Counted from the first letter of the stretch, positions 9,099-17,845 are shown. The stretch is 32,000 bases of DNA from Dickeya dadantii NCPPB 898 (GCF_000406145.1 NZ_CM001976.1:2042161-2074160), one strand, 5' to 3'. Notes: generated by a model not told the origin, from the letters alone. Numbers and translations are program-made.

Positions 9099-10586
9099 AT
9101 GGCTCAACATGAAACTCACTCCGCCGAACAGCGGGGAACCACACTGCGCCGTGAGCTGAAAGCGCGGCATTTGACGATGATCGCCATTGGCGGTTCGATC
9201 GGCACCGGGCTGTTTGTCGCATCCGGCGCGACGGTGTCGCAGGCCGGGCCGGGCGGCGCGATGCTGTCCTATGCGCTGATCGGCCTGATGGTCTATTTCC
9301 TGATGACCAGCCTTGGCGAACTGGCGGCATTCATGCCGGTTTCCGGCTCGTTCTCCACCTATGGCGCGCGCTATGTGGAAGAAGGGTTCGGCTTCGCGCT
9401 GGGCTGGAACTACTGGTACAACTGGGCGGTGACCATCGCGGTCGACCTGGTGGCGGCGCAACTGGTGATGGGATACTGGTTCCCGTCGGTGCCCGGCTGG
9501 GTGTGGAGCGCGCTATTCCTGTCGCTGATGTTTTTGCTGAACTACATCTCCGTTAAAGGGTTTGGCGAAGCGGAATACTGGTTCTCGTTGATTAAAGTCA
9601 CCACCGTCATCCTGTTTATCGCGGTCGGGCTGCTGATGATGTTCGGTATTCTGCGCGGCGGCGAGCACGCCGGCTGGCATAACTGGCAGATTGGCGATGC
9701 GCCGTTCGCCGGCGGTTTTTCGGCCATGATCGGCGTGGCGATGATTGTCGGCTTCTCGTTCCAGGGCACCGAACTGATCGGCGTGGCGGCGGGGGAATCA
9801 AAAGACCCGCAGACCAACATCCCGCGCGCGGTTCGTCAGGTGTTCTGGCGTATTCTGCTGTTCTATATTTTCGCCATCCTGATCATCAGCCTGCTGGTCC
9901 CTTACACCGACCCGAACCTGCTGCGTAATGATGTGAAAGACATCAGCGTCAGTCCGTTCACGCTGGTGTTCGAGAACGCCGGGCTGCTGTCGGCGGCGGC
10001 GGTGATGAATGCGGTGATCCTGACCGCGGTGCTGTCGGCAGGCAATTCCGGCATGTACGCGTCGACCCGTATGCTGTTTACGCTGGCGCAGGAAGGCAAG
10101 GCGCCGGCCTGTTTCGGCAAACTGTCGAAAGGCGGGGTGCCGCGCAACGCGCTGTACGCCACCACGGTGGTGGCCGGTCTGTGCTTTCTGTCGTCGATGT
10201 TCGGCAACCAGACCGTGTACCTGTGGCTGCTGAATACCTCCGGCATGACCGGGTTTATCGCCTGGCTGGGGATTGCCATCAGCCACTACCGTTTCCGTCG
10301 CGGTTACGTTATGCAGGGACTCGACCTGAACGCGCTGCCGTATCGCTCCGGTTTCTTCCCGCTGGGGCCGATCTTTGCTTTCGTACTGTGCCTGATTATT
10401 ACGCTGGGCCAGAACTATCAGGCGTTTTTGGCTGACAAGATCGACTGGTACGCGGTGACGGCGACTTACATCGGCATTCCGCTATTTCTGGTGATCTGGC
10501 TCGGTTACCGGTTGGTAAAAAGTTCGCGGGTGGTGAAATACCGCGACATGACCTTCCCGGAACATACTTTCCCGGAACATAAGTAG
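9099..10586 (+). CDS. lysP: Lysine-specific permease (APC family)
   Basis: 495 aa. LRRELKARHLTMIAIGGSIGTGLFVASGATVSQAGPGGAMLSY...GFGFALGWNYWYNWAVTIAVDLVAAQLVM matches E. coli LysP. It follows yeiE, as in E. coli. Confidence 0.95.
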   Translation: MAQHETHSAEQRGTTLRRELKARHLTMIAIGGSIGTGLFVASGATVSQAGPGGAMLSYALIGLMVYFLMTSLGELAAFMPVSGSFSTYGARYVEEGFGFALGWNYWYNWAVTIAVDLVAAQLVMGYWFPSVPGWVWSALFLSLMFLLNYISVKGFGEAEYWFSLIKVTTVILFIAVGLLMMFGILRGGEHAGWHNWQIGDAPFAGGFSAMIGVAMIVGFSFQGTELIGVAAGESKDPQTNIPRAVRQVFWRILLFYIFAILIISLLVPYTDPNLLRNDVKDISVSPFTLVFENAGLLSAAAVMNAVILTAVLSAGNSGMYASTRMLFTLAQEGKAPACFGKLSKGGVPRNALYATTVVAGLCFLSSMFGNQTVYLWLLNTSGMTGFIAWLGIAISHYRFRRGYVMQGLDLNALPYRSGFFPLGPIFAFVLCLIITLGQNYQAFLADKIDWYAVTATYIGIPLFLVIWLGYRLVKSSRVVKYRDMTFPEHTFPEHK

Positions 10587-10600
10587 CCGTTTCGTAAACA

Positions 10601-10633
10601 AAAAAGCCAGTCGGATTATCGACTGGCTTTTTT
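10601..10633. terminator. Bidirectional rho-independent terminator (lysP / sotB)
   Basis: 9-bp stem 'agccagtcg'/'cgactggct' with a 6-nt loop. It is flanked by an A-run on the left and a T-run (10628..10633) on the right, and lies between convergent genes. Confidence 0.85.
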
Positions 10634-10666
10634 ATGAGCGCGTTTTATGAACGAAAGCGGTGGAAC

Positions 10667-11854
10667 TCAAACGCGGGAATGTACCAGTCGCACGCTGCGG
10701 TAGACGCTGAGCAGGGTGGCGAACAGCGCCACCAGCACCAGCGGCGCGCCGACATAACCGATTTTATCCATCCCCAGATGCAGGCTGACCTGGCTACCCA
10801 GCAGCGCGCCGCCGCCGATGCCGAGGTTGAACAAGCCGGAGAAAATCGACATGGCGACGTCACTGGCGTCAGGCGCCAGCGACAGCACTTTGGCCTGCAT
10901 TGCCAGCCCGATGGACATCATCGCCAGCCCCCACACCAGACACAGCAGCGTCAGGCCGAACGGATAACCGGACAACGGCATCAGCAACGTCAGACAGGCC
11001 AGCAACAGCAGCATAGCGGTCACCAGAAAGCCAATCGGGAAACGGTCGTTGTAGCGGCTGTAGAGCATACTGCCGGCGATCCCGGCGCAGCCGAACAACA
11101 GCAAAATCAGGGTGGTGAAGTTTTCCGGCAGACCGGCGACCGTCTGGATAAACGGCTCAATATAGCTGTAAGCGGTGAAATGCGCGGTCACCACCACCAC
11201 GGTCAGCAGGTAGATACCGACCAGCGCCGGGCGACGGAACAGCTTCGGCACGCTGCCTAGCGAACCGGAATGCTCGCTGGGCAGCAACGGCAGCAGGCGC
11301 GCCAACAGGATCATGGCGACCGTGGCGCCGGCGGCGATGGTCAGGAAGGTTACGCGCCAGCCGAGATACTGACCGATGACCCGCCCCAGCGGCAGCCCCA
11401 GCACCATCGCCAGCGACGACCCGGTGGCGATCAGCCCCAGCGCCTGCGCGCGTTTACCGGGGGGCGCCATGCGAATCGCCAGCGAGGCGGTAATCGACCA
11501 GAATACCGAGTGCGCCAGCGCCACCCCGGCGCGGGAAATAACCAGCACGGTAAAGTTCCAGGCGACGGCGGACAGCAGATGGCTGAGGATAAACAGGCTG
11601 AACAGGCCAATCAGTAATTTACGGCGCTCAATACCGCTGGTCAGCAACATGCAGATCAGCGAAGCCACCGCCACGATCCAGGCATAAATGGTGATCATCA
11701 GCCCGACATCTTCGGTTTTCATGGCAAAGGAGTTGGCGATGTCGCTCAACAGCCCCACCGGAATAAATTCCGTGGTGTTGAAAATAAACGCGGCGATAGC
11801 CAATGTGACCACGCGCAGCCAGGCGGTGGAGCGCGAGGGTGATGCGGATGTCAT
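10667..11854 (-). CDS. sotB: Sugar efflux MFS transporter SotB/YdeA family
   Basis: 395 aa. [33 protein letters not shown]...[28 protein letters not shown]...[13 protein letters not shown]...[30 protein letters not shown] matches E. coli SotB (YdeA). Confidence 0.9.
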   Translation of the reverse strand: MTSASPSRSTAWLRVVTLAIAAFIFNTTEFIPVGLLSDIANSFAMKTEDVGLMITIYAWIVAVASLICMLLTSGIERRKLLIGLFSLFILSHLLSAVAWNFTVLVISRAGVALAHSVFWSITASLAIRMAPPGKRAQALGLIATGSSLAMVLGLPLGRVIGQYLGWRVTFLTIAAGATVAMILLARLLPLLPSEHSGSLGSVPKLFRRPALVGIYLLTVVVVTAHFTAYSYIEPFIQTVAGLPENFTTLILLLFGCAGIAGSMLYSRYNDRFPIGFLVTAMLLLLACLTLLMPLSGYPFGLTLLCLVWGLAMMSIGLAMQAKVLSLAPDASDVAMSIFSGLFNLGIGGGALLGSQVSLHLGMDKIGYVGAPLVLVALFATLLSVYRSVRLVHSRV

Positions 11855-12668
11855 AACAGGATCCTGAACGGGTGTGACGGGCGTTCTATTGTAGCCAATC
11901 GCAAGTCAAAATGCGATTACGATCACATTTCAGCCGAGAGGCACAGGGCCTGAATTGTGATTCGGCGCGCTGCTTTCGACGGACGTTTAGCGTCCGCGCC
12001 GATGGCCGGCACAGTCGCGAAGACCGTCGTCGGCGAGGGGCGCCGCGTTCGCTATCGTGAGCGGTGAGGTTTGAGGGCTTACCTATCGGCGAGCCATGCC
12101 GGGATGCAATGAAGGCATGATGGCGGCTTTGGGCGGTACCGATGTCGCGATTCATTGCAGGATACCGCCTAATATTTAATATTATTGTGGATAGAATTAC
12201 GCTGCCAATAATTGGTGTTGGAAATTATGAGAAAGAATGAATATTCTTAGTTCGTTGCGTTTGTTTTTAAATAAAATACATAAATAAAGATTATTTGTTT
12301 ATTTTGATGACTGGTTATTTGTAGCGCAAAGAAAATATTATTTATGAATATATTTTTGGCGCAAATTCATGGTGCTTTTTATGTTTTCTATTTTAAGGAG
12401 GAATGCCGGGAATTTTGCTTTTTTCAGGAGCTTATCGCTCTTGGTTAACATTATTTTCATTTATTTTATATTTCTTTAACTATTTCTTTATTCCTGTCCA
12501 TAGAAAAAGAAATTGGTGTGCCTAAAAATTACCCTGATAATTATTATATTTTACGGAGCGGTAACGTGCATAAGGTGAAATAGGTTTTTATAATAATGGG
12601 TGAAATTGCAGTTGCAAAAGAAAAGCAGGTGTGAGAGCTTTATCACAAGCTTCGATGAGGGAACAGCA

Positions 12669-13694
12669 ATGAGCATATATATTAATGCGGTGGAAACCTA
12701 TTTGCCTGGTCCGGTTATTAGTAATCAGGAGTTAGGGAATAAAATCGGATTTAAACCTGAGTTAATTAAAAAGCTTTTTGGGAATACTGGTCGGCATTTT
12801 TCAGTTAATATGAATACCGGTAAACCTATCGCGTCGTCAGCGGAATTAATTACCATCGTAATCAAGAAACTCCTTTCCAGCGCCGGTATCAATAAAGAAC
12901 GCATCGATTTTATTATTGTAGCGTCCGCCACGCCGGATACGCTCTTGCCAAGCAGTGTCAATCAGGCATGTCATGCGATGGGGTTTCGGCAGATTGAAAC
13001 TTACCAGATTATTTCGGGGTGTTCCGGCGCGGTACAGGCGCTCAAGCTGGCTCGTGAGCTGGTGGCGACGCCGGATAATGGCCTGGACAACGGCCTGGTC
13101 ATCGGGGTTGAGACAGCCTATAAATTCCTGGATGTCTTTGATGAACATGCCGTTAAGAAAGAAACGAAGGAACTGGTGAATTATACTCTGTTTGGCGACG
13201 GTGTAGGCGGATGCCTGATTTCCAATCAGCCATCAGCATCCAGTATTGAGATTGAACATATTTCTTTTAAATATCTGGGCGTTGATGAAGCTGTCGGGCA
13301 ATTGGCTAATTGGCGTGGCTCCCGTAATGATATTGATTATGGCGCTTTGCTGAACGAGGAATATAAGTTGATTGAAAAACTGGTGCCGGTCATTACCCAG
13401 GATACGATCAATGCATTGACGGATAAATTAGGTGGGCGTCCGGACTGGCTGTTGCCGCCGCAACTTTCCGGCTCGATGCTGGAGAAAATTTTATCCGATA
13501 TCGGTTATACGGTAGATGAAATATTCAGCCTGGTGGCTGAAATCGGTAATACCGCTAATGCCGCGTTATTTTTTCAGATAAAAGAATTCAGCGATATCTC
13601 CCTTGCCAATGAATGCGGCATTGGTATTTCTGTTGAGTCGTCGCGTTGGCTGGCAGGTGGTCTGATTCTAAGAAACAGGAAAGGTCTTTTATAA
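12669..13694 (+). CDS. KASIII (FabH)-like condensing enzyme, candidate tetronate-ring-forming enzyme
   Basis: The track ORF starts at GTG 12600. I prefer ATG 12669 (MSIYINAVETYLPG...), preceded by 'gagggaa', giving 341 aa. It has FabH-like features: an ISGCSGAVQAL nucleophile Cys, LFGDGVGG, and GNTANAAL for the Asn. Where FabH has 'VPHQAN' this protein reads 'LLPPQLSG', so the His appears to be missing. The gene is AT-rich. Confidence 0.8.
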   Translation: MSIYINAVETYLPGPVISNQELGNKIGFKPELIKKLFGNTGRHFSVNMNTGKPIASSAELITIVIKKLLSSAGINKERIDFIIVASATPDTLLPSSVNQACHAMGFRQIETYQIISGCSGAVQALKLARELVATPDNGLDNGLVIGVETAYKFLDVFDEHAVKKETKELVNYTLFGDGVGGCLISNQPSASSIEIEHISFKYLGVDEAVGQLANWRGSRNDIDYGALLNEEYKLIEKLVPVITQDTINALTDKLGGRPDWLLPPQLSGSMLEKILSDIGYTVDEIFSLVAEIGNTANAALFFQIKEFSDISLANECGIGISVESSRWLAGGLILRNRKGLL

Positions 13695-13911
13695 CATCAT
13701 GTAAAAAGGACTTTTATCTGTACCCAAAAGAATTTTAGGCGCAGGCCAACCGACAGGCGTGGCGCGCAACGCAATGCGGCCGTAAACCATGTGGAATGAA
13801 ATCTACTGCGGCCCAAAAAGAACAGGCCCGTAGGTACACCAATGGGCCGAGCCGTGAAGCGGATACGCCTGCAACCTGAAATCTGACGGGATAAAGAGAA
13901 TAAGGACATTT

Positions 13912-15660
13912 ATGAAACCGAATAATGCATTAAGTCGGATCGCCGCCTCCAAAAAAATCACGGCGGAAGGAAAGCGCGTCGTTAATATCGCCACTTTCAG
14001 TAATTTCAATCATAAAGCATTGAATGACTTGATTACGTTCAGTTTGAATGACCTGGGTTGTTATCCATCCTTTTATGACGGTGTTTACAGCGACTACTTT
14101 CCCCACGTTTTGGGTAATGCCGCCGACATTAAGACGTTCGGGGCGCAGTTTCATTTTTATGTCCTTGATTCCTCCTTTATCGAAAATGACATTGGTTCAC
14201 TGCTGCCGGCGGACGATATCCGCGAAAATATCCAGGAACACAAAAGTCGGCTGGCGTATCTGCTGAATTTTTCCGCTACCGGCTGCGATGCCCACGTTGT
14301 GCTGAACACCGTCCATATCGCTGAATCGCAGTTCAAACAGATTATCGCGCAGGATCAGCGGGCGGCGTTGAAGCAGCTGATCGGCGAGTTCAACGCGTAT
14401 CTTTTGGCGTTGGGGCAAACGGAAGATCGCGTGACGGTGGTCGATCTGCAGGAAACCGGCGGGGCAGTGGAGGATGCTGCCACCCGCCGAACGGCGCAGT
14501 TACTGGGGCTGGGCGTTGGTCTGGATGCGCTGGACGTCATTGCGCGCGTCGGCGTCGCCGCTATTCGGCACGCGCTGGGGAAAACGCTGAAATGTGTGGT
14601 CAGCGATCTGGATAACACCTTGTGGAAGGGCATTTTGGCGGACGATGGCGTCGACGGCATCCTGATGGCGGATAAACATATCGGCACGGGGCACCTACGC
14701 TATCAGGAGTATCTGCGCAATCTGTACGATCAGGGCATCATTCTGGCCATTTGTAGCAAAAACGATCGGGAGAATGTGGAGGCGGCGTTTAAACGCCGCG
14801 CCGACGAGATGCGTATCTCGCTGGACAAGTTTTCCGTGGTTAGCGCCAACTGGCAGGGGAAAAGCGGCAACATCCAGAACATCGCCAACGAGTTGAACAT
14901 CTCCCCGGAACACATGCTTTTTATTGACGACTCGGCGTTCGAATGTGCGGAAGTCAAAGCCCGTATTCCGGCAATCACCGTGCTGGAATTTTCCGGCGAC
15001 GTGGCGGAGAACCTCGCCGCGCTGATTGCCGCCGACTATTTCCTGCGTCCGAGCATCAGCAGCGATGACCGTATGCGCAATCTGAGTTATGCGCAGAACA
15101 AACTCCGCACGGAGCTGCAGAAAGATTTTGCGGATGACCACGCCTTTCTGGCCAGCCTGGGGATGACGCTGACTATCCTGCCGGTGGAAGCGTCCACGCT
15201 GGATCGCGTATCGCAACTGACGCTACGCACCAACCAGTTCAATATGACGACGCAACGGATGACCACGCAGGACGTGGCCGGCTACCTCGCGCGGGAAGGG
15301 CATCTGGCGGTTACGCTGGCGTGCCGCGACCGAATCGGCGACTACGGCACCATTGGCGCGATATTCCTGCGTTTCGACGGCGACGGCTGTCACATCGACA
15401 ACTTCATCATGAGCTGCCGTATCTTCGGGCGTCAGGTCGAGTTCGCGGCGATGCGCTGGCTGTTCGGCTTATGCCGGGCGCGGGGTGTCGACCGGATTAC
15501 CGCCGCGTACGGCCCGACCGAAAAAAATAGAAAATTCCAGCGTTTTTATCCGGATTGCGGGTTCGCCGAAACCGCAAGCAATGTGTTCACCGTTATCGAC
15601 CCGGCGCCTGCGTTGCTGGCCGAGAACAGTAATACCGTCACTGTCAAAGAGGGGGAATGA
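13912..15660 (+). CDS. FkbH-like glyceryl-S-ACP synthase (HAD phosphatase plus acyl-transfer domain)
   Basis: 582 aa. The HAD motif I 'VVSDLDNTLWKG' is typical of FkbH-family proteins. Later motifs are 'LAICSKN' and 'MLFIDDS', and a C-terminal 'IMSCRIFGRQVE' cysteine motif is present. SD 'taagga' sits 6 nt upstream of the ATG. Confidence 0.85.
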   Translation: MKPNNALSRIAASKKITAEGKRVVNIATFSNFNHKALNDLITFSLNDLGCYPSFYDGVYSDYFPHVLGNAADIKTFGAQFHFYVLDSSFIENDIGSLLPADDIRENIQEHKSRLAYLLNFSATGCDAHVVLNTVHIAESQFKQIIAQDQRAALKQLIGEFNAYLLALGQTEDRVTVVDLQETGGAVEDAATRRTAQLLGLGVGLDALDVIARVGVAAIRHALGKTLKCVVSDLDNTLWKGILADDGVDGILMADKHIGTGHLRYQEYLRNLYDQGIILAICSKNDRENVEAAFKRRADEMRISLDKFSVVSANWQGKSGNIQNIANELNISPEHMLFIDDSAFECAEVKARIPAITVLEFSGDVAENLAALIAADYFLRPSISSDDRMRNLSYAQNKLRTELQKDFADDHAFLASLGMTLTILPVEASTLDRVSQLTLRTNQFNMTTQRMTTQDVAGYLAREGHLAVTLACRDRIGDYGTIGAIFLRFDGDGCHIDNFIMSCRIFGRQVEFAAMRWLFGLCRARGVDRITAAYGPTEKNRKFQRFYPDCGFAETASNVFTVIDPAPALLAENSNTVTVKEGE

Positions 15661-15902
15661 CCATGAAACTGGACGATTTTATCGGCTTTATCAACACCAA
15701 AACCGGCATGGCGCTGGCGGCCGAACAGGCGCAGGAAGATTTGACCAACCTTCCGGAGTGGGACTCGTTGACCTTCGTCTATCTGTTGATGGAAATCGAA
15801 AAGCAACAGGACGTCAAAATCGATGTCGAGAAGGTATTGCAGTGCACCACGCTGAATGACATTTACAGGGTCGTGAGCCATGAAGTTGCTGAAAGTTTCT
15901 AG
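15657..15902 (+). CDS. Stand-alone acyl carrier protein
   Basis: 81 aa. 'LPEWDSLTFVYLLMEIE' contains the DSL phosphopantetheine-attachment serine motif. The ATG overlaps the FkbH-like stop (ATGA). An alternative ATG lies at 15663. Confidence 0.75.
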   Translation: MTMKLDDFIGFINTKTGMALAAEQAQEDLTNLPEWDSLTFVYLLMEIEKQQDVKIDVEKVLQCTTLNDIYRVVSHEVAESF

Positions 15903-16626
15903 GGAAAGGCGCCAGACGCTCTCTTTTCTGGCGATATCCAGGGGCATCCCGGCCATTACCGTCATGCGCGAGATCGATGTCTCGCGCATTGTGGCGGGCG
16001 GGCTGCAGCGCAGCATGACGGCGATTACCATCAAAGCGATCAGCGAGGCGCTGCGTCAGTTTCCGCAACTGAACACGATGATCAGATTCGGCAGCGACAG
16101 CACGCTGATTTGCCCGGATAACATCAGTACCCGGGTGACGCTGGAAAAGGCGCTGAACGGCGTCTCCGGGGTGTATTCACGGGTGATCAAAAATACGGAT
16201 CGGCTATCTGTCGCTGATATCGAACGGACTCTGCAGCAGTTCAAGCAGGAGGACGCGGCTACCAGCGAGCATTACAAGAAGATTCGCTTTATTCAACGTT
16301 TGCCGCCGTTACTGGCCGGTCTGCTGTTGCGGCTGGCGATGCTGTCGCCGGCGCTGCAGGCGGAAACCTGGGGCAGCTTCACCGTGACATCACTGGGGAA
16401 AAACAGCCCCGACGCCTGTATCCCCCTATCCGGTTCCACGTTCACGTTTACGCTGGGGTTGATTAACGAAAAGTTGTCGCGAAACGTGCATGAAGTGACG
16501 ATGTCGCAGGTGGCGAATCTATCGATGATTTTCGACCACCGCGTGCTGGACGGCCGGCTGGCGTCGGAATTTCTGGCGCAGATAAAAAGCAACATGGAAG
16601 GTTTTGCACTGGAGTCATCATCATGA
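15880..16626 (+). CDS. 2-oxoacid dehydrogenase E2 catalytic-domain-like acyltransferase (Agg4/ChlD3-type)
   Basis: 248 aa. 'MIFDHRVLDGRLASEFL' carries the DHRxxDG catalytic signature of E2/CAT-fold acyltransferases. No lipoyl or E3-binding domains are present. It overlaps the ACP gene by 23 nt. Confidence 0.8.
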   Translation: MKLLKVSRERRQTLSFLAISRGIPAITVMREIDVSRIVAGGLQRSMTAITIKAISEALRQFPQLNTMIRFGSDSTLICPDNISTRVTLEKALNGVSGVYSRVIKNTDRLSVADIERTLQQFKQEDAATSEHYKKIRFIQRLPPLLAGLLLRLAMLSPALQAETWGSFTVTSLGKNSPDACIPLSGSTFTFTLGLINEKLSRNVHEVTMSQVANLSMIFDHRVLDGRLASEFLAQIKSNMEGFALESSS

Positions 16627-17696
16627 TGCTTGATGAACTCAAGAATTTTGTGCTGCTGCACAGCAATGTGCTGAATGTCGGCGCGGAAACCCGCTCCATC
16701 CTGTCGGATATTCATCATCTGGGCGACGATTTGCCGCATAGCTGGAGCCAGGTGTTTTACCGTCAGGCGCAATACCATGAAAACCAAGGCGAGTTGCTCA
16801 AGGCGTGTTCGCTTTACAATCTGGCGCGTTTTCCCTATCCGGAAACACCGCTCCAGCATGAGTGCAACCGGCATTGTCAGCGCTTGTTCCGCCGGCAATA
16901 TATCGAGAGCGGCACGGTGACGAGGGTCAGTCTGTCGCAGGGGCGCCAGGTGTGCTACGTCAGAAAAAAGAACACCCGCAATGTCGTCATTATTAATGGG
17001 GGCATCATCTCGCTGAAAGAGCAGTGGGTGAACCTGGTGGGGCTGTTCGAACGTTTCGACGTTACCGTGGTGTTGACGGAAATGCCGGGGGTGGGGGAAA
17101 ACCAACTGCCCTATAACGAACAATCTTTCCGCATGTACAGCGATGTGTTGGATTATCTCGCACAGGATCGCTCCGACATCCGGTGCCATATTTTCGGCCT
17201 GAGCTTCAGCGGGTTTATCGCGTACAAGAACAGCCTGACCGATAGCCGCATCGTGGGCATCACCATGGCGGGCACGCCGCTGGATTCGCTGTACCACGAT
17301 CGGGATGTCTATCGGCGGTTGCCTTACGTTACACGGCTGGTTATCGGGCATAACGTGGGGAAAACGCACCCGGAACTGGATGACGACGACAAGGTATTTC
17401 GTTATCTCGATAACACCTTCGTGATGCGCCAGGAGGATATCAACCATAACGTCAGGCTGTATTACGTTCAGAGCCTGCGCGACGAAGTGATCCCTAACGT
17501 CGAAGCGGACGCGATCCGCCGTTTGTCCCGGCAGCACCATATTCTGTCGCTGGATGACGTGCATGGATCGCCCGGATACGGCAAAACCGTGCGGGTTTAT
17601 TTACTGTGGTCGTTGCTGGATTCGTTGCGCCTGTCGCGGGTTCTGCTCGGTGTCGCCAGGCTGGGGTTTCGCGTCCTGCGGCGTCTGAAGCGATAG
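16623..17696 (+). CDS. Alpha/beta-hydrolase-fold protein (FrsA/DUF1100-like; Agg5/ChlD4-type candidate eliminase)
   Basis: 357 aa. 'CHIFGLSFSGFIAY' is a nucleophile-elbow-like motif, and the protein has an N-terminal helical region. There is an ATGA overlap with the preceding gene. It is the last gene of the operon. Confidence 0.72.
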   Translation: MMLDELKNFVLLHSNVLNVGAETRSILSDIHHLGDDLPHSWSQVFYRQAQYHENQGELLKACSLYNLARFPYPETPLQHECNRHCQRLFRRQYIESGTVTRVSLSQGRQVCYVRKKNTRNVVIINGGIISLKEQWVNLVGLFERFDVTVVLTEMPGVGENQLPYNEQSFRMYSDVLDYLAQDRSDIRCHIFGLSFSGFIAYKNSLTDSRIVGITMAGTPLDSLYHDRDVYRRLPYVTRLVIGHNVGKTHPELDDDDKVFRYLDNTFVMRQEDINHNVRLYYVQSLRDEVIPNVEADAIRRLSRQHHILSLDDVHGSPGYGKTVRVYLLWSLLDSLRLSRVLLGVARLGFRVLRRLKR

Positions 17697-17810
17697 GCGG
17701 CGTCTCGCTATGATTCCGCGTGCTGACGCGGATCCCAAACGCGGTAATCGGCGTACGGAGCACCGTGCATAGCCTTTTAGTCTGTAAACCGTTTGGCCTT
17801 TTGTCAGTTT

Positions 17811-17838
17811 GGGGTGGTGATACCGGCCCCGTTTTTTT
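17811..17838 (+). terminator. Candidate rho-independent terminator of the five-gene operon
   Basis: 'ggggtggtgataccggcccc' is an imperfect G/C stem, followed by 'gttttttta' (T-run 17832..17838). Confidence 0.5.
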
Positions 17839-17845
17839 ATGTGCC

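Noticed and set aside
10634-11617. Plus-strand ORFs (208 aa and 115 aa), Q/R/H/G-rich, opposite sotB
   Set aside because: These are shadow ORFs of the well-supported sotB gene, with no start-site signals and biased composition. The same reasoning applies to the other long alternative-frame ORFs in the track, for example 6066..6806, 7360..7980, 8144..8506, 9798..10286, 19586..20248, 20881..21399 and 23241..23936.
11886-12155. 89-aa reverse ORF in the GC-rich non-coding stretch upstream of sotB
   Set aside because: It is Arg/Ser-rich, has no SD and has no recognisable domain. I cannot exclude that the 300-bp stretch is a gene remnant, but I see no readable homology.
16293-17564. 423-aa reverse-strand ORF covering the E2-like and alpha/beta-hydrolase genes
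   Set aside because: The forward frames carry recognisable catalytic motifs (DHRVLDG, GLSFSG) and show translational coupling. The reverse ORF has no recognisable motifs and no RBS.
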